From an uncultured Nitrososphaerales archaeon (lineage in GTDB: Archaea > Thermoproteota > Nitrososphaeria > Nitrososphaerales > Nitrososphaeraceae): DNA of 64,000 nt. Positions 1 to 10,694 of the stretch are shown in pieces. A model generated the notes under the pieces. The model saw only the letters and a program-made list of their open reading frames with translations. It did no database searches and was not told the origin of the DNA. The stretch lies in contig CAVOHZ010000010.1 of NCBI GenBank assembly GCA_963695855.1, positions 64,001-128,000 on the forward strand. Direction: 5' to 3'. Within the stretch, counting starts at the first letter, position 1; each line of letters starts with the position of its first letter. The translations under genes were made by a program, and so were the position numbers.

Positions 1-437
1 TTTATGGTGAGCGACAAAGGGTTAATGAATCACTAAATTGGAAACCGCTTGTAGCTACATTTGTAAAAAACGTGTTAAGGAAGGAAAATGTAATAATTAA
101 TGGAGACGGCCAACAAACAAGAGATCTCCTTTATGTAAAAGATGCAGTTCAAGGAGTTATTAAGGCAATGGAAGGGTCTACTAATTCTGCTGATGTTTTT
201 CTTTTATCTACAAATACGGAAACTTCTGTCAATAAGGTTTTGGGCGTGATAGAAGACTTAGTTCGAGTTAAGGCAAAGGTAGTTCATTCTGATTTTCTCA
301 AGGGTGATATAATGAGGATGAAGTACAGTTATACCAAGGCAAGAAGAATTCTTGGGTTTAACCCTGCATATTCTCTGGAACAAGGGGTAGGACGTCTTAT
401 AGAACATATGCAGAAGAATTCTCAGATAACCGTATAG
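1..437 (+). CDS. NAD-dependent epimerase/dehydratase, C-terminal part (5'-truncated by window)
   Basis: Frame is open from position 3 (YGERQ...LVATFVKN), then GDGQQTRDLLYVKD and LGFNPAYSLEQG, typical of an extended-SDR C-terminus. Confidence 0.9.
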   Translation, partial: YGERQRVNESLNWKPLVATFVKNVLRKENVIINGDGQQTRDLLYVKDAVQGVIKAMEGSTNSADVFLLSTNTETSVNKVLGVIEDLVRVKAKVVHSDFLKGDIMRMKYSYTKARRILGFNPAYSLEQGVGRLIEHMQKNSQITV

Positions 438-466
438 AATTTTGTATTAGGTGGATTAGTATCTCA

Positions 467-1624
467 TTGCGAATACTTATTTTAGGAAATTTGGCAAATG
501 ACGGTTATTCTGTAGCAAAAGCTCTCTGGAAAATGAATGTAGACGTAGACCTGGCAGTAAATTCTTCCGATTTTGGAATGGCTTTACCTGAATGGGAAGA
601 TGGAGATGTATCTGACACTATTGATCCTTATACTATACATAGAAATGAGATAAAAAATACCAATCTTGGAGATCGAATACGTTATTTTGACTTCCTCAAT
701 AAAGCTCCGAGAAAAAAAAACATGGTTCCCAAACTGATTTCCAGAATTAACCTTATGAGAATGATTCGTGAATATGATATTATAGAGGCACATGTTCCCT
801 ATGTGATCTATTCTCAATTTACTGGCGTTCCAAATGTGGTTTATGATGCTGGATGGATTAGATATTTTCCTTACGATCATGGTATTAGAGCTAAACTTGC
901 CAGAAGAGGATATTCAAAAGCTAAAGGATTAATTATTACCAATCCAGACACATATGCAATTTCAGATACTCTACCATATTTAAATGAGAAACGAATCTAT
1001 TTCAGTCCGTTTGCTATTGATCCTCAAAAATATGTTCCTACTGATATGGAAGATTTACGTTCCAAGAACATTGCCACTAATGATGGTATTCTTCTATTTT
1101 CACCTTCTCGACAGCATTGGTTTGAGAAGGGAAATGATAAAATGATCAAGGCATTTGCAAGATTCGTAAAAGTATTTCCTAATTCTAAATTGGTCATGGT
1201 TGACTGGAGTACTGATGCACAAAAGAGCAAAGATTTAGTAGATTCGCTAAATATTTCTAAAAAAGTTAACTGGATAAAACCAGTTGCAAAAAAACAACTA
1301 ATAGGATATTATAATGCAGCAGATATTATTTTGGATCAGTTTATTCTTGGTAGTTGGGGAACCACTACTCCTGAGGCAATGTCTTGTCAAAAACCTGTCC
1401 TTATGTTTTATAAAGAGGAATATATTAAACGAGCATTCGGGGAAAATCCTCCTATTTTAAACTCCTTTAACGAGCAAGATATTTTCTCGAATCTTGTAAA
1501 ATTGGCAAAGGATCCTGACTTCAGAATTTTATTGGGAAGAAGGAGTAGAGAATGGATAATGAAGACACATTCTCCAGATATTGTTGCAAAAAAACATTTA
1601 GAAATAATCAATCAATGCTTATAG
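467..1624 (+). CDS. Glycosyltransferase family 4 (GT-B fold)
   Basis: MRILILG start, KGNDKMIKAF, YYNAADIILD...TPEAMSCQKPVL; glycan cluster context. Confidence 0.9.
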   Translation: MRILILGNLANDGYSVAKALWKMNVDVDLAVNSSDFGMALPEWEDGDVSDTIDPYTIHRNEIKNTNLGDRIRYFDFLNKAPRKKNMVPKLISRINLMRMIREYDIIEAHVPYVIYSQFTGVPNVVYDAGWIRYFPYDHGIRAKLARRGYSKAKGLIITNPDTYAISDTLPYLNEKRIYFSPFAIDPQKYVPTDMEDLRSKNIATNDGILLFSPSRQHWFEKGNDKMIKAFARFVKVFPNSKLVMVDWSTDAQKSKDLVDSLNISKKVNWIKPVAKKQLIGYYNAADIILDQFILGSWGTTTPEAMSCQKPVLMFYKEEYIKRAFGENPPILNSFNEQDIFSNLVKLAKDPDFRILLGRRSREWIMKTHSPDIVAKKHLEIINQCL

Positions 1625-1697
1625 TAATTTATTCATTGATCATTCTTTAATTTTTTAATTATATCATTTTTTAACTTTAATCCATTTTATTTTTCTT

Positions 1698-2000
1698 ATA
1701 AATTAGACTTATTCAGTTCCTCAAAATGTTCTACAAAACCTAGTGAATATACTATATCAAACAATTGCATGTCTTTATTGAAATTCTCAAAATAAAATTC
1801 TCTCATAAACTTTTATTGGAATGCCTGATGCATTCATATTCTTTATTGTCTGCTCATTGCCAATTTTTGAATAATCCAATGAATGGACATGATATTTAAA
1901 TTTCTTAGTCATGCATATTAAATATCCAACATTCGAACCAGGGATTTCTAGTATATGAAGGGTTTAATTTACTGGGAAATACTTATCCAAGACAACACTC
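1698..2000 (-). pseudogene. Decayed class I SAM-dependent methyltransferase
   Basis: Manual minus-strand translation gives LDKYFPVN*TLHILEIPGS (degenerate motif I) and FDIVYSLGFVEHFEE, broken by stops and frameshifts; boundaries approximate. Confidence 0.6.
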
Positions 2001-2097
2001 CTTGTCTTTGTAAAATAAAAGAGTATAACCGATGTATGGGATAATACATATTAGAGAAATAAAATATATTCAACAGCAAGAATTGAAGATATAAAAT

Positions 2098-3132
2098 AGA
2101 TCGTTTGCGTAATTAGATAAAATCTATTATATATCTTGATGATGCCTTATATTGCTATCATCTTCTGTTGTGTATTATTCGATAATTTACTAAACCAGAA
2201 ACAATATCTGACATTGTATCGTATCTTTTCAATCTGTTTCTGTATTTGTTTCCCATAATACTAAATTTCTTTATTCTACATATAGTATGTTCTACTATTA
2301 CTCTCTGTCTACGATGTCTTTTGTTGTACATTTTCTCTTTTTCTGTAAGGTCAATATTACGTTTCTTCTTTACAGGTAATACTGCTTTGATATCTGGAAA
2401 ATCTTTTTCTACTCCAATATAACCAAGATCAAAATAGTTTTTTACATCTTTTGGTGTTGTCGGATGAACATCTTTGTATACTGTATAGTCATGCTCTCTT
2501 CCTTCTTCATGGTTTGATTTATGTAATATTTCTCCTTTTTTGTTTACCATATACTGTGTCTTTACAGTATGTTTTTTCTTTTTTCCAGAATAGTACTCTT
2601 TTCTTCTTGTTTTGTCTGTAGGTACTGGAATTTCCTGTTCTGTTGAATCTATAAATGCTTTAAATCCTGGAAAATACAGTTCTACTTCATCTACTGTTCT
2701 TAATCTTCTTGTTACGTTGTATATTTTTTGAGGTAGTGGAATACAACTTTTTACTATAGGTTCCATATATCTTACATCTCTATGTACATTGCTCTGATCC
2801 AGATCAAACAAAAATCCTGTTAATGCATTGGTTATGTATAGTTTATAGTACACAAGAAGCATAACAAATCTATCTCTTGTTGTATGTTTGAAATGTCTTC
2901 CAGCTCCTAAATTTCTTTTTCTCTTTCTTTTTGATAGACGTTTTATCTCATATTTTGGATATTTTGATTCTACTTGCTTACAAATAGAATCAAACTCAGA
3001 TAATTCCAATCCTGTAAAGGATCTAAACAATAACGGTTTTTTAGATAAACTATCATAATTGAGCAAATTTATGAGAAATTAGTATAGAAATGAGGAATAT
3101 AGCTGTAAGCTTTCTAATTATGCAATAGATCT
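2098..3132 (-). mobile_element. IS5-family (ISL2-like) insertion sequence
   Basis: 19-bp imperfect TIRs: AGATCGTTTGCGTAATTAG (2098-2116) vs revcomp of 3114-3132 AGATCTATTGCATAATTAG (16/19). Flanked by AAT on both sides (or TA if the ends are moved in 1 bp). Confidence 0.85.
2158..3066 (-). CDS. IS5-family DDE transposase (HTH_Tnp_4 + DDE_Tnp_4 type)
   Basis: FRSFTGL, IDSTEQ, YSGKKKKHTVK, DLGYIG, RVIVEHTICRIKKF. Confidence 0.92.
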   Translation of the reverse strand: MLNYDSLSKKPLLFRSFTGLELSEFDSICKQVESKYPKYEIKRLSKRKRKRNLGAGRHFKHTTRDRFVMLLVYYKLYITNALTGFLFDLDQSNVHRDVRYMEPIVKSCIPLPQKIYNVTRRLRTVDEVELYFPGFKAFIDSTEQEIPVPTDKTRRKEYYSGKKKKHTVKTQYMVNKKGEILHKSNHEEGREHDYTVYKDVHPTTPKDVKNYFDLGYIGVEKDFPDIKAVLPVKKKRNIDLTEKEKMYNKRHRRQRVIVEHTICRIKKFSIMGNKYRNRLKRYDTMSDIVSGLVNYRIIHNRR

Positions 3133-3163
3133 AATAAATACTGAAATAATAAACACCATACTG

Positions 3164-3886
3164 ATGTCAACACAAATAAAATATGAAATTAAAAGAGCAG
3201 GTCTCTTATACTATTTCAAGCTAATTTGTCGGGATATTTTAACTTCTTCAAATGATAAAAAAATGAATTTTCTTGAAATGTTTCAAGATTATGAAGAATA
3301 TCATAAAGAAATTAATACAGGAAAGAAATTCCGCGCCGAATTAATTAAAGGTTGGATTGAAAAAAATTCAACCGTATTAGATGTTGGTATTGGAGATGGC
3401 GTAATAGCAGAATATCTTATGAATGAATTAAATGTTAAAATTCAGGGTCTAGATATTTCAGAAAACGCATGTAAAAAAGCAAAAGAAAAGGGAATCAGCG
3501 CAGATGTTCGTAATATCAATTATGGATTAACCTTAAGAGATGACGAAATTTATGACTATATATTATTGATGGAAGTAATAGAACATACAGTTCAACCAGA
3601 GAAAGTAGTGATGGATGCTGTAAGACATGCAAAAAAAGGTGTTATTGTAACAATACCAAATAGCGGATATATTAAATGGAGAATTCAATTATTAAGAGGC
3701 TATTCACCTAGACAATCTTATACGCATCTACATTTTTGGTCAATTAAAGATTTTGAAATTTGGTGTAAACTTTTAAACATAAAAATAAAATCGTTTACAA
3801 CAATATTGCCTAAATATACTTCAGTCTTTAAGAATCTTTTAGCATGGCAACAATGTTGGTTATTGTATCCTAAAAGAGATTATTGA
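3164..3886 (+). CDS. Class I SAM-dependent methyltransferase (MetW-like)
   Basis: VLDVGIGDG motif I, YDYILLMEVIEH, IVTIPN, HLHFWS. Confidence 0.88.
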   Translation: MSTQIKYEIKRAGLLYYFKLICRDILTSSNDKKMNFLEMFQDYEEYHKEINTGKKFRAELIKGWIEKNSTVLDVGIGDGVIAEYLMNELNVKIQGLDISENACKKAKEKGISADVRNINYGLTLRDDEIYDYILLMEVIEHTVQPEKVVMDAVRHAKKGVIVTIPNSGYIKWRIQLLRGYSPRQSYTHLHFWSIKDFEIWCKLLNIKIKSFTTILPKYTSVFKNLLAWQQCWLLYPKRDY

Positions 3887-4110
3887 TTTATTAAACTTGG
3901 TAAATCGGTTCCATTAACTTCAATATTAAAATTTTTATTGAATATTTATGTTCTTGCATCAGCTATAATAAAATTTTCCAGATTTATTTAGATGAAGGTA
4001 GCAAAGCATAGATACGCAATTTAATTTGTTGAAATTTAACCATAGGCTCTATCTGTAGTAGATGTATGCACAAGTTATAAATCAGAATATGGATTAACAA
4101 TAAAATAGGA

Positions 4111-5007
4111 TTGAAAAACTTACATACTATATTAATTACAGGTAGCAGGGGTTTTGTAGGAGATCATATTTGTAAAAGTTACTTTAAAAATAAATATCAT
4201 CTAATAACAGATAATCCTACCCATAATCAAAGAAATGATATAACAAAAATGGAATATTTCGAGAATTTTGATGACAAAATAGACTTAATAATTCACCTAG
4301 CTGCAAAAACCTCAATAAATGATTCGTTAACAGACCCTTATGAAACTTATTATAAAAATATTGTAGGTACTTTAAATGTACTTGAATTTGCTAAAAGAAA
4401 AAATATTTCCAATTTTATTTTTTTAAGTACATATGTATATGGAGAACCACAATATCTTCCTATAGACGAAAATCATCCTGTTAATCCTCATTCACCTTAT
4501 AATAAAAGTAAAATAATAGGTGAAAGTTTATGCGAAGATTATTCGAAAATATTTGGGATCAATATTGTTATTTTGAGACCATTTTATTTATATGGATATG
4601 ATAGGAAAAAAAATACATTAATTAGATCTATTTTGGATCAAATTAATACTACTGAAATAGTAAAACTTAGTAGTGAAAAAACTAGTAGAGATTTCCTGTA
4701 CATTAGTGACTTCATTGACTTATTAAATAAAATACTAAATCAGTTTCCCTCTGGTTGTAATATCTACAATGTTGGATCTGGCACTAGCTATACTATTACA
4801 GAAATAGCTAGGAAAATTGCAAATTTATTAAATAAAAAAATAAGCATCTGCTATGACGGGTCAATACGAAAACAAGATATAAATGAAATGGTTGCGGATA
4901 TAACCAAAATATCTAAAGAGTTTGATTGGAAGCCTAAAATAGATATCGATCAAGGATTAACATTAACAATAAAAAAAAGTAAAGAAAAAAAAGAAAATAA
5001 TAATTGA
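4111..5007 (+). CDS. NAD-dependent epimerase/dehydratase
   Basis: ITGSRGFVG, IHLAA, SPYNKSK (YxxxK), RDFLYISD. Confidence 0.92.
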   Translation: MKNLHTILITGSRGFVGDHICKSYFKNKYHLITDNPTHNQRNDITKMEYFENFDDKIDLIIHLAAKTSINDSLTDPYETYYKNIVGTLNVLEFAKRKNISNFIFLSTYVYGEPQYLPIDENHPVNPHSPYNKSKIIGESLCEDYSKIFGINIVILRPFYLYGYDRKKNTLIRSILDQINTTEIVKLSSEKTSRDFLYISDFIDLLNKILNQFPSGCNIYNVGSGTSYTITEIARKIANLLNKKISICYDGSIRKQDINEMVADITKISKEFDWKPKIDIDQGLTLTIKKSKEKKENNN

Positions 5008-5046
5008 ATACTATTATTTAGTCAACATGTACGTCTATAACATATT

Positions 5047-5450
5047 ATGAAAGAATTACTTAAAATAAGAAATGGATAAAGATTAGATGGTACTATTTTC
5101 GGCAGGGACATGCTACTTATTTGGCTTTTATGATGACTTTTGCTAATTTTATTACTATTGAATATGCTCTGTTGATCGATGAAGGTCCTATTCTTTCTTC
5201 AATATTTAGCAACATATTGATCTTCGCAGTAATTTTTATCATGATATATTTTCCTCTCACTCTCTATCATAATAGGATATTGGCATAGAAAAAATGAGTA
5301 ATGTGGAACAAGAAGCCTTGTTCAATAATTGTATGATAGATGCAACAATGGTTATATCTGTTTGAATATCTGGAAGGTAAATTGACAGAGCAGGAGAAAA
5401 AAATCTGATGAAAGAAAGATCAATGAAGATTACGGCAGGAAAAAAAGTAT
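5047..5450 (+). pseudogene. Frameshifted two-TM membrane protein (resembles a thaumarchaeal conserved hypothetical)
   Basis: Consecutive fragments in different frames: WIKIRWYYFRQGHATYLAFMMTFANFITIEY..., LSIIIGYWHRKNE*, NVEQEALFNN; end approximate. Confidence 0.6.
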
Positions 5451-5489
5451 TATAAAGTTCTTATTCATAAACATTGATGTAGACAATAT

Positions 5490-6446
5490 ATGAAAATTTT
5501 GCATTTAAATGATCAGGCAGGCGTATCATGTGTACTTGCCAAGTATCAAAATAAGTTAGGAAATGATACCAAAGTAATTAAAGCTAGCGATGACAAATAT
5601 GGTATATATGAATATTATCGTAATTATGTTCAATTAGTTGGACAAGATGAGTTTATAGAAAAATCCTTGGAAGAGGCAAAGCATTATGATATTATTCATG
5701 TGCACAGTTTATTTGGAATGATTTTTTATCTGAGAAAGAAATATGGAACCTCAAAGAAGATAATATTACATTATCATGGAACAGATATTAGAGGAATAGA
5801 TAATTTTGATCAGAGAAAAAGAGCATTTAATGAAAATCTCTTATTATTAATATTGAAAATTATTAAAAATAAAAAAAGGGAAAAAAAAATTAACCGTATT
5901 GCAGCACATAGACTTGCACAGATACTTTCTGATAATGTACTAATATCTCAAAAAGATTTATCAATTTATGTTAAAAATGCAAATTACATTCCGATTCCAA
6001 TTGATATAGATCATTTTTACAAGCATGAAAATCCTAATAAAAGAAAAGCATTACTATTCAAAACAGAAGCGTCTAATATGAAAAAAACCTTAGAAACAAT
6101 TACTAATAATTTTAACTTTTTAGCAGAAGTACATGACAGAATTTCTAATCCGATTAAATATAGCAAAATGCCGGAATTTTTGAATCAATATGAAATGTAT
6201 ATCGATATTAGGTTTATAAAAGAACTTCTTTTGGAAGACCTCAGTACAACCTCATTACAATCCTTAGCATGTGGCTTAAAAGTGATAACTCCACAATTAA
6301 AAATATTGGATACTTTTCCTCTTCAACATAATCCGACACAAATAGTAGATAGATTATTGGCACTTTATAAACAAAAACAAAAACAAAAATCTAGTTTAAG
6401 AATACAAATAATAAGCAACCTATTAAAAGCAAATTATCAAATTTAA
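5490..6446 (+). CDS. Putative glycosyltransferase (divergent GT4-like)
   Basis: MKILHL, YDIIHVHS, HYHGTDIR, IPIPID, LQSLACGLKVI. Confidence 0.8.
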   Translation: MKILHLNDQAGVSCVLAKYQNKLGNDTKVIKASDDKYGIYEYYRNYVQLVGQDEFIEKSLEEAKHYDIIHVHSLFGMIFYLRKKYGTSKKIILHYHGTDIRGIDNFDQRKRAFNENLLLLILKIIKNKKREKKINRIAAHRLAQILSDNVLISQKDLSIYVKNANYIPIPIDIDHFYKHENPNKRKALLFKTEASNMKKTLETITNNFNFLAEVHDRISNPIKYSKMPEFLNQYEMYIDIRFIKELLLEDLSTTSLQSLACGLKVITPQLKILDTFPLQHNPTQIVDRLLALYKQKQKQKSSLRIQIISNLLKANYQI

Positions 6447-6684
6447 GATGCATTGTAAAATAAGCTACAGAAAAGACTGGTATTATATATAGATGACAAA
6501 TTATGAGTTTATTAAATTACCAGAAATATCAAGATATTATATTCAACGATAATGTAATTTAATTATTAATAACTTCTAATGACATTAGATATTCAGCGTA
6601 CTAATGAATTTCATATTTAAATTTAGAAGAATTTTTAATTCATTGATAATCACTTATATATAATTAACAGAATTCTGTTTCTCC

Positions 6685-7653
6685 TCAAAACGTCCATAAT
6701 TCAGATTTAAAGTCTTTGTACCATTCAATCAACATTTCGATTCCGTTTTCAAACGATATCATAGGTTTAAAATTCAATAATTCTTTTGCGCGAGTTATAT
6801 CAGCATATAATCGTTGAACTTCAACAGGACGTGATTCTACGTGTTTTGGTTCCAGTTTCTGGTTATTGTTTATTCCAGATTTATCTATAATTACTTCTGC
6901 TATTTTATTTACAGATATCTCGCTTCCTGAACCGAAATTTATTCCATCTTTGCCTGGATTACCTTTGGTTTTTAGAATCAAATCATATGCATTTATTACA
7001 TCGCTTACGTATGTGTAGTCTCTTGTCTGTTCTCCATTTCCATATATTAAAGGAGGTTTATTCTGTAACACTCTGTTGATAAAAATCGCAATCACTCCAC
7101 CATAACCAGTATCTTTTTGTCTAGGTCCATAAAAATTAAAACATCTAATTATATCTACACCTAGATCATATGTCTCATTGTATGTATAACATAATCTATC
7201 TGCTGCAATTTTGCTAACTCCATATGGATGTTGTGCACCAAGGAAATGTTTTTCATCCATAGGTACATATTGTGCTGAACCATACACCTCACTTGTTGAT
7301 GCAAACAAGATTTTATTAATATCATTAGTTCTACAATATTCTAATAGCTTTAATGTCCCGTTTACATTTATTTCAAAAGTTTCTTCAGGATTAACTATTG
7401 ACCGGTCCACATGAATTTGAGCAGCTAAATGAATAACTGTATCTAGGTCATTTGGAATTTTAGTATATATATCATTTTTTCTGATGTCATCATAAATAAA
7501 TTTAAAATTCTTTTTATGTAAAAGAGTCCTAATATTATTTAAATTTCCATTACTAAGGTTATCAATTCCATATACTGTGTGTCCTTCCCCTACATATTTT
7601 TCTGATAAATGACTTCCTAAAAACCCTGCTGCTCCTGTAATAAGAATTTTCAT
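6685..7653 (-). CDS. NAD-dependent nucleotide-sugar dehydratase/epimerase (dTDP-glucose 4,6-dehydratase-like)
   Basis: ITGAAGFLG, HLAAQIHVDRS, STSEVYG, PYGVSK, GEQTRD. Confidence 0.92.
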   Translation of the reverse strand: MKILITGAAGFLGSHLSEKYVGEGHTVYGIDNLSNGNLNNIRTLLHKKNFKFIYDDIRKNDIYTKIPNDLDTVIHLAAQIHVDRSIVNPEETFEINVNGTLKLLEYCRTNDINKILFASTSEVYGSAQYVPMDEKHFLGAQHPYGVSKIAADRLCYTYNETYDLGVDIIRCFNFYGPRQKDTGYGGVIAIFINRVLQNKPPLIYGNGEQTRDYTYVSDVINAYDLILKTKGNPGKDGINFGSGSEISVNKIAEVIIDKSGINNNQKLEPKHVESRPVEVQRLYADITRAKELLNFKPMISFENGIEMLIEWYKDFKSELWTF

Positions 7654-8110
7654 ACTTCTGAAAAGATAGATAAGAGCTGATTAAAGTATTTTCTTTTTGC
7701 ATAAAAAATTTAATATACTTACTAAAAAATTATTATAATTATCTTAGGATCAGGTCAGGAATATGTATAATCTTTTCTACTCAAACAAAGTAATTCCGTA
7801 TAAAGATATATGTGTTTAATTGGATACGATATCCATTCAATTAACTAGTACTAGTATCATTTATCTGACCAGTTAAATTCCATATCAGTCAAGGATGGTT
7901 CTGCTAGTTGATGATCTATCGTTTTATCATTGGGGTTTTTTTTACCACCGGATCTGCGGAGTATTGAGTTTAGAGCATTGTTGATAGACTTAATATTCAC
8001 AATATTAACTATGTTTGATTTTGCTCTGGCTGTTTGGAACATACCCAATTAAACATAAATAGCTATAAATAATTGATGATAGATAAACATCTAAAATTTT
8101 TAATTAACAA

Positions 8111-8515
8111 TTAACAATAGAAGATATGGACGCTTATTATAAAGATAAATTATCAAATATTTGTCTATAATTTTGTTATTATAAAAAATATAATAGGATT
8201 TTTTAGTTAAGAATAATAGATTAATTGCATATTTAACCTATATAAAACTTTTAGAAGGCTCTACAAGAACATTTCTTAGAAAACGTTTTGTGCACTTTTT
8301 GCCGGCTCATCGTTCTTCTAACATGTCCTGGTTGGGTTGGAAAAGTTATATCTGCCCTCCTACGGTGTCTAGGAGCCAAAGTCACCGTTACCGAAGTCAA
8401 CCCGATAAAAGCGCAGGAAGCGCATATGAATGGATTTAATGTTTCCAGAATGAAAGATGTTACAGGTATAGGATACTTTTTTTCACAACATGTACAGGAC
8501 AAACAAGTATGTATT
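8111..8515 (+). pseudogene. Degenerate duplicate of the ahcY upstream region fused to an internal ahcY fragment
   Basis: 8111-8329 aligns by eye to ~13486-13709; 8329-8515 aligns to ahcY ~14453-14636 (GWVGKVISALLRCLGAKVTVTEVNPIKA vs GWVGKGVSSCLRGLGAKVTVTEVDPIKA). Confidence 0.9.
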
Positions 8516-8697
8516 CAGGTTTCACCCCGTATGCAAGCAACAACAACAAGAAAATATAAAATTACAAAACAAAATTAAATATTTTTGATAAAGCCAAGCC
8601 TGTATACGAATATGCTATAACAAATATTGGTGCTGGAGCGTAATCCAATATAGGAAAAAAATAGTGGTTTTTACCTTATTTCATGGATTTTTTTAGA

Positions 8698-9045
8698 TTA
8701 CAGTTTTTTGACCTTGTCAATTAGACTGAGAGCATCACATCCTGACTCAGTAGTTATATATAGTAAATGACTTTCATCCAAAGGCAGCGTAATACGTTTA
8801 ATCTTTTCATATTCTGCCAGAACAAATTTTCCCTTTCCAATCTTTGGTGCAAGTTTGCTACGTATCTTCCAAGCGTTGAGAGCAAGTTGAAGAGATTCTT
8901 TGCTTTCATCTTTTGATAGTAAATTAGTTACTCCTGATTTATGTTCTGAAAATACGGGTTTCTCTTGTTTGGTATCAAATATTGTTACAAATCGGACGTT
9001 AGGGTCCATGGCCATGATATTTTTTCCTATTTCATTATAATTCAT
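8698..9045 (-). CDS. DUF6659-like (roadblock/profilin-like fold) thaumarchaeal protein
   Basis: DPNVRFVTI...IGKGKFVLAEYEKIKRITLPL pattern of this expanded family. Confidence 0.75.
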   Translation of the reverse strand: MNYNEIGKNIMAMDPNVRFVTIFDTKQEKPVFSEHKSGVTNLLSKDESKESLQLALNAWKIRSKLAPKIGKGKFVLAEYEKIKRITLPLDESHLLYITTESGCDALSLIDKVKKL

Positions 9046-9608
9046 TGTGATAATATAACACTCTTACTTAATAAGAATAGAGTTTTTGTTGTCACGATTG
9101 ATGAGGCATATATCTAATTTTATTAATATTACAACAAAAACTCATGAATACTATATAGTGAATCTGTCGCGGCTTTCAAGTCAATGTGAATAACTCATCT
9201 TTTCTATTAAATAACTTGTATATGAACATTGATAAAAACGGGACCGTCGGGTTGCTAGGCATTTTTGCCTCTATTCAAGAGAATTACATTAGGAAAAAAT
9301 CTTTCAATTACAGAACATCATTTTCCTTTGATATATCTAAATTTTGTTTAACAGGCTTATCCGGCAATTTTGAATAACCCAGATAATCTATAATCTGATC
9401 CTCAGATAATCTTTTTTGTGCTTTTAATCTAAACTTTTAATTCATCTTTATTTGATAATTTATCAGGTATATTTTTTGCATTATTATTAGATGTTATTTT
9501 GATATATTCTATGAAGTTTGGATTATCTATTATCGAACCACTAAAATCTGTATATTTTGGTAAATTTCAAGTTTGAAATTTCACCTGGTATAATTAAGAT
9601 AGAGTTAA

Positions 9609-9929
9609 TCAACTTCGCATCAGAAAAAATTTCTTTAAAAATATACGAGCAACAATTGATCCTTCCAAAGTAAAACACCCAATGCCAATAGTTGCAGCAA
9701 CAAATACAGTATCTGTTACTGATGCAAATGATTCGCCTATGACTGGCATAAATGTTGCAGCTATAAGAATTATAAATCCAATCAATGCGAATAATCCTAA
9801 AACTATGGTCTTAATTTCATGATTTTGAGCATCTCTTTTATAATGATAAGACTTATTCGATATGTTTTCATAAATAAATAGTGTAAAGATGAGATAATAA
9901 TCAAATAAAATGCTATTAGTAGAATTCAT
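9609..9929 (-). CDS. Hypothetical membrane protein (possibly truncated)
   Basis: Two to three hydrophobic segments; no recognised family. Confidence 0.45.
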   Translation of the reverse strand: MNSTNSILFDYYLIFTLFIYENISNKSYHYKRDAQNHEIKTIVLGLFALIGFIILIAATFMPVIGESFASVTDTVFVAATIGIGCFTLEGSIVARIFLKKFFLMRS

Positions 9930-10225
9930 TTATACATTATGCTAGGTAGTAGGAAGCGGATTAGTATATTTAGTCGGATTTTACTACCTTGTATTTAGTT
10001 GTTATTATTAGCAACTTATAATGATAACAAATTAAGAATAATGAGTCCATTAAATATTTTTTAGTAGTGGTATCAGCACGGATGCGTTGGCAGTTGAATA
10101 GGTACGGCTTCCGTGTTCACTAACAGAATATCGCTAGAGTAAAGGATTAATTAATTTGGATGATTAAAAAAGAAAAGAAATATAGTTAAATTTGGTATTA
10201 TGATATGGTAGCAAAAGGTATTCAT

Positions 10226-10694
10226 TCTTGGTTGATAAAGTTGAGGTTGACACATACATTTACCAGGTTTTTATCGAAGTTTATTCGGTCACCAAGTCCG
10301 TTACCATTTTCTGTATTTGCTAGGTCTGCTGCTCCTCCTTCATTTGCTGCTGCCCAAGCAGCAGGGTCTTGAGGTATTTGTGTGATATCTACACCGTTTA
10401 CGTTAAGGTTCTTATTGAAAAATTTTATTTCTTGCTGATTTGCAATTTTTTTATCTTTTTTTGGTTCCGGATAATAACTATTATCATAGTTATCATATCC
10501 ATATCCATTATCGTCGTATCTGCTGTTATCATACTGGTCCCCGTATTGATCACCGTGGGAATATCTATTGTCATAATCTGCATCGTATGGTACTGCCTAT
10601 GCATTTGTATTTGTTGATGGGTTTAGAACCAATAGACCTGTCGCTAGTATTGCTGCCATTATAGAGGCCAACACTTATCTTTTTGTTGCTCATC
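10226..10694 (-). pseudogene. Decayed copy of a multi-copy secreted protein (paralog of 37686-38384)
   Basis: MSNKK/IVLASIMAAILATGLLVLNPS..NA*, a Tyr/Asp-rich tract, then NVNGVDITQIPQD...ANTENGNGLGDRINFDKNLVNVCVNLN, with frameshifts and stops. Confidence 0.85.

Noticed and set aside
712-720. A9 tracts in glycosyltransferases (also 5881-5889) as phase-variation switches
   Set aside because: Such runs are common in this AT-rich, Lys-rich sequence and both genes are in frame.
1932-1950. GGTTCGAAT T-loop-like sequence on the minus strand (also GGGTTCGAT near 10868)
   Set aside because: No T-stem pairing or acceptor strand; the first lies inside the methyltransferase remnant.
7857-8048. 63-aa minus-strand ORF (likewise 9186-9377, 11347-11529, 26152-26436 and other short overlapping ORFs)
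   Set aside because: No motif or paralog support; most are antisense or out-of-frame shadows of real genes.
8288-8578. 96-aa ORF as a functional second ahcY
   Set aside because: Only an internal fragment fused to non-coding DNA, and it drifts out of frame.
9290-9600. Protein-like minus-strand fragments (TDFSGSIIDNPNFIEYIK, NIPDKLSNKDELK)
   Set aside because: Probably a gene remnant, but too degraded to assign or delimit.
10076-10116. GC-richer stretch with a 7-bp potential stem (ncRNA?)
   Set aside because: Too short to distinguish from chance; no recognisable RNA family.
10369-10664. Two hydrophobic plus-strand ORFs
   Set aside because: Antisense to the decayed cassette gene.
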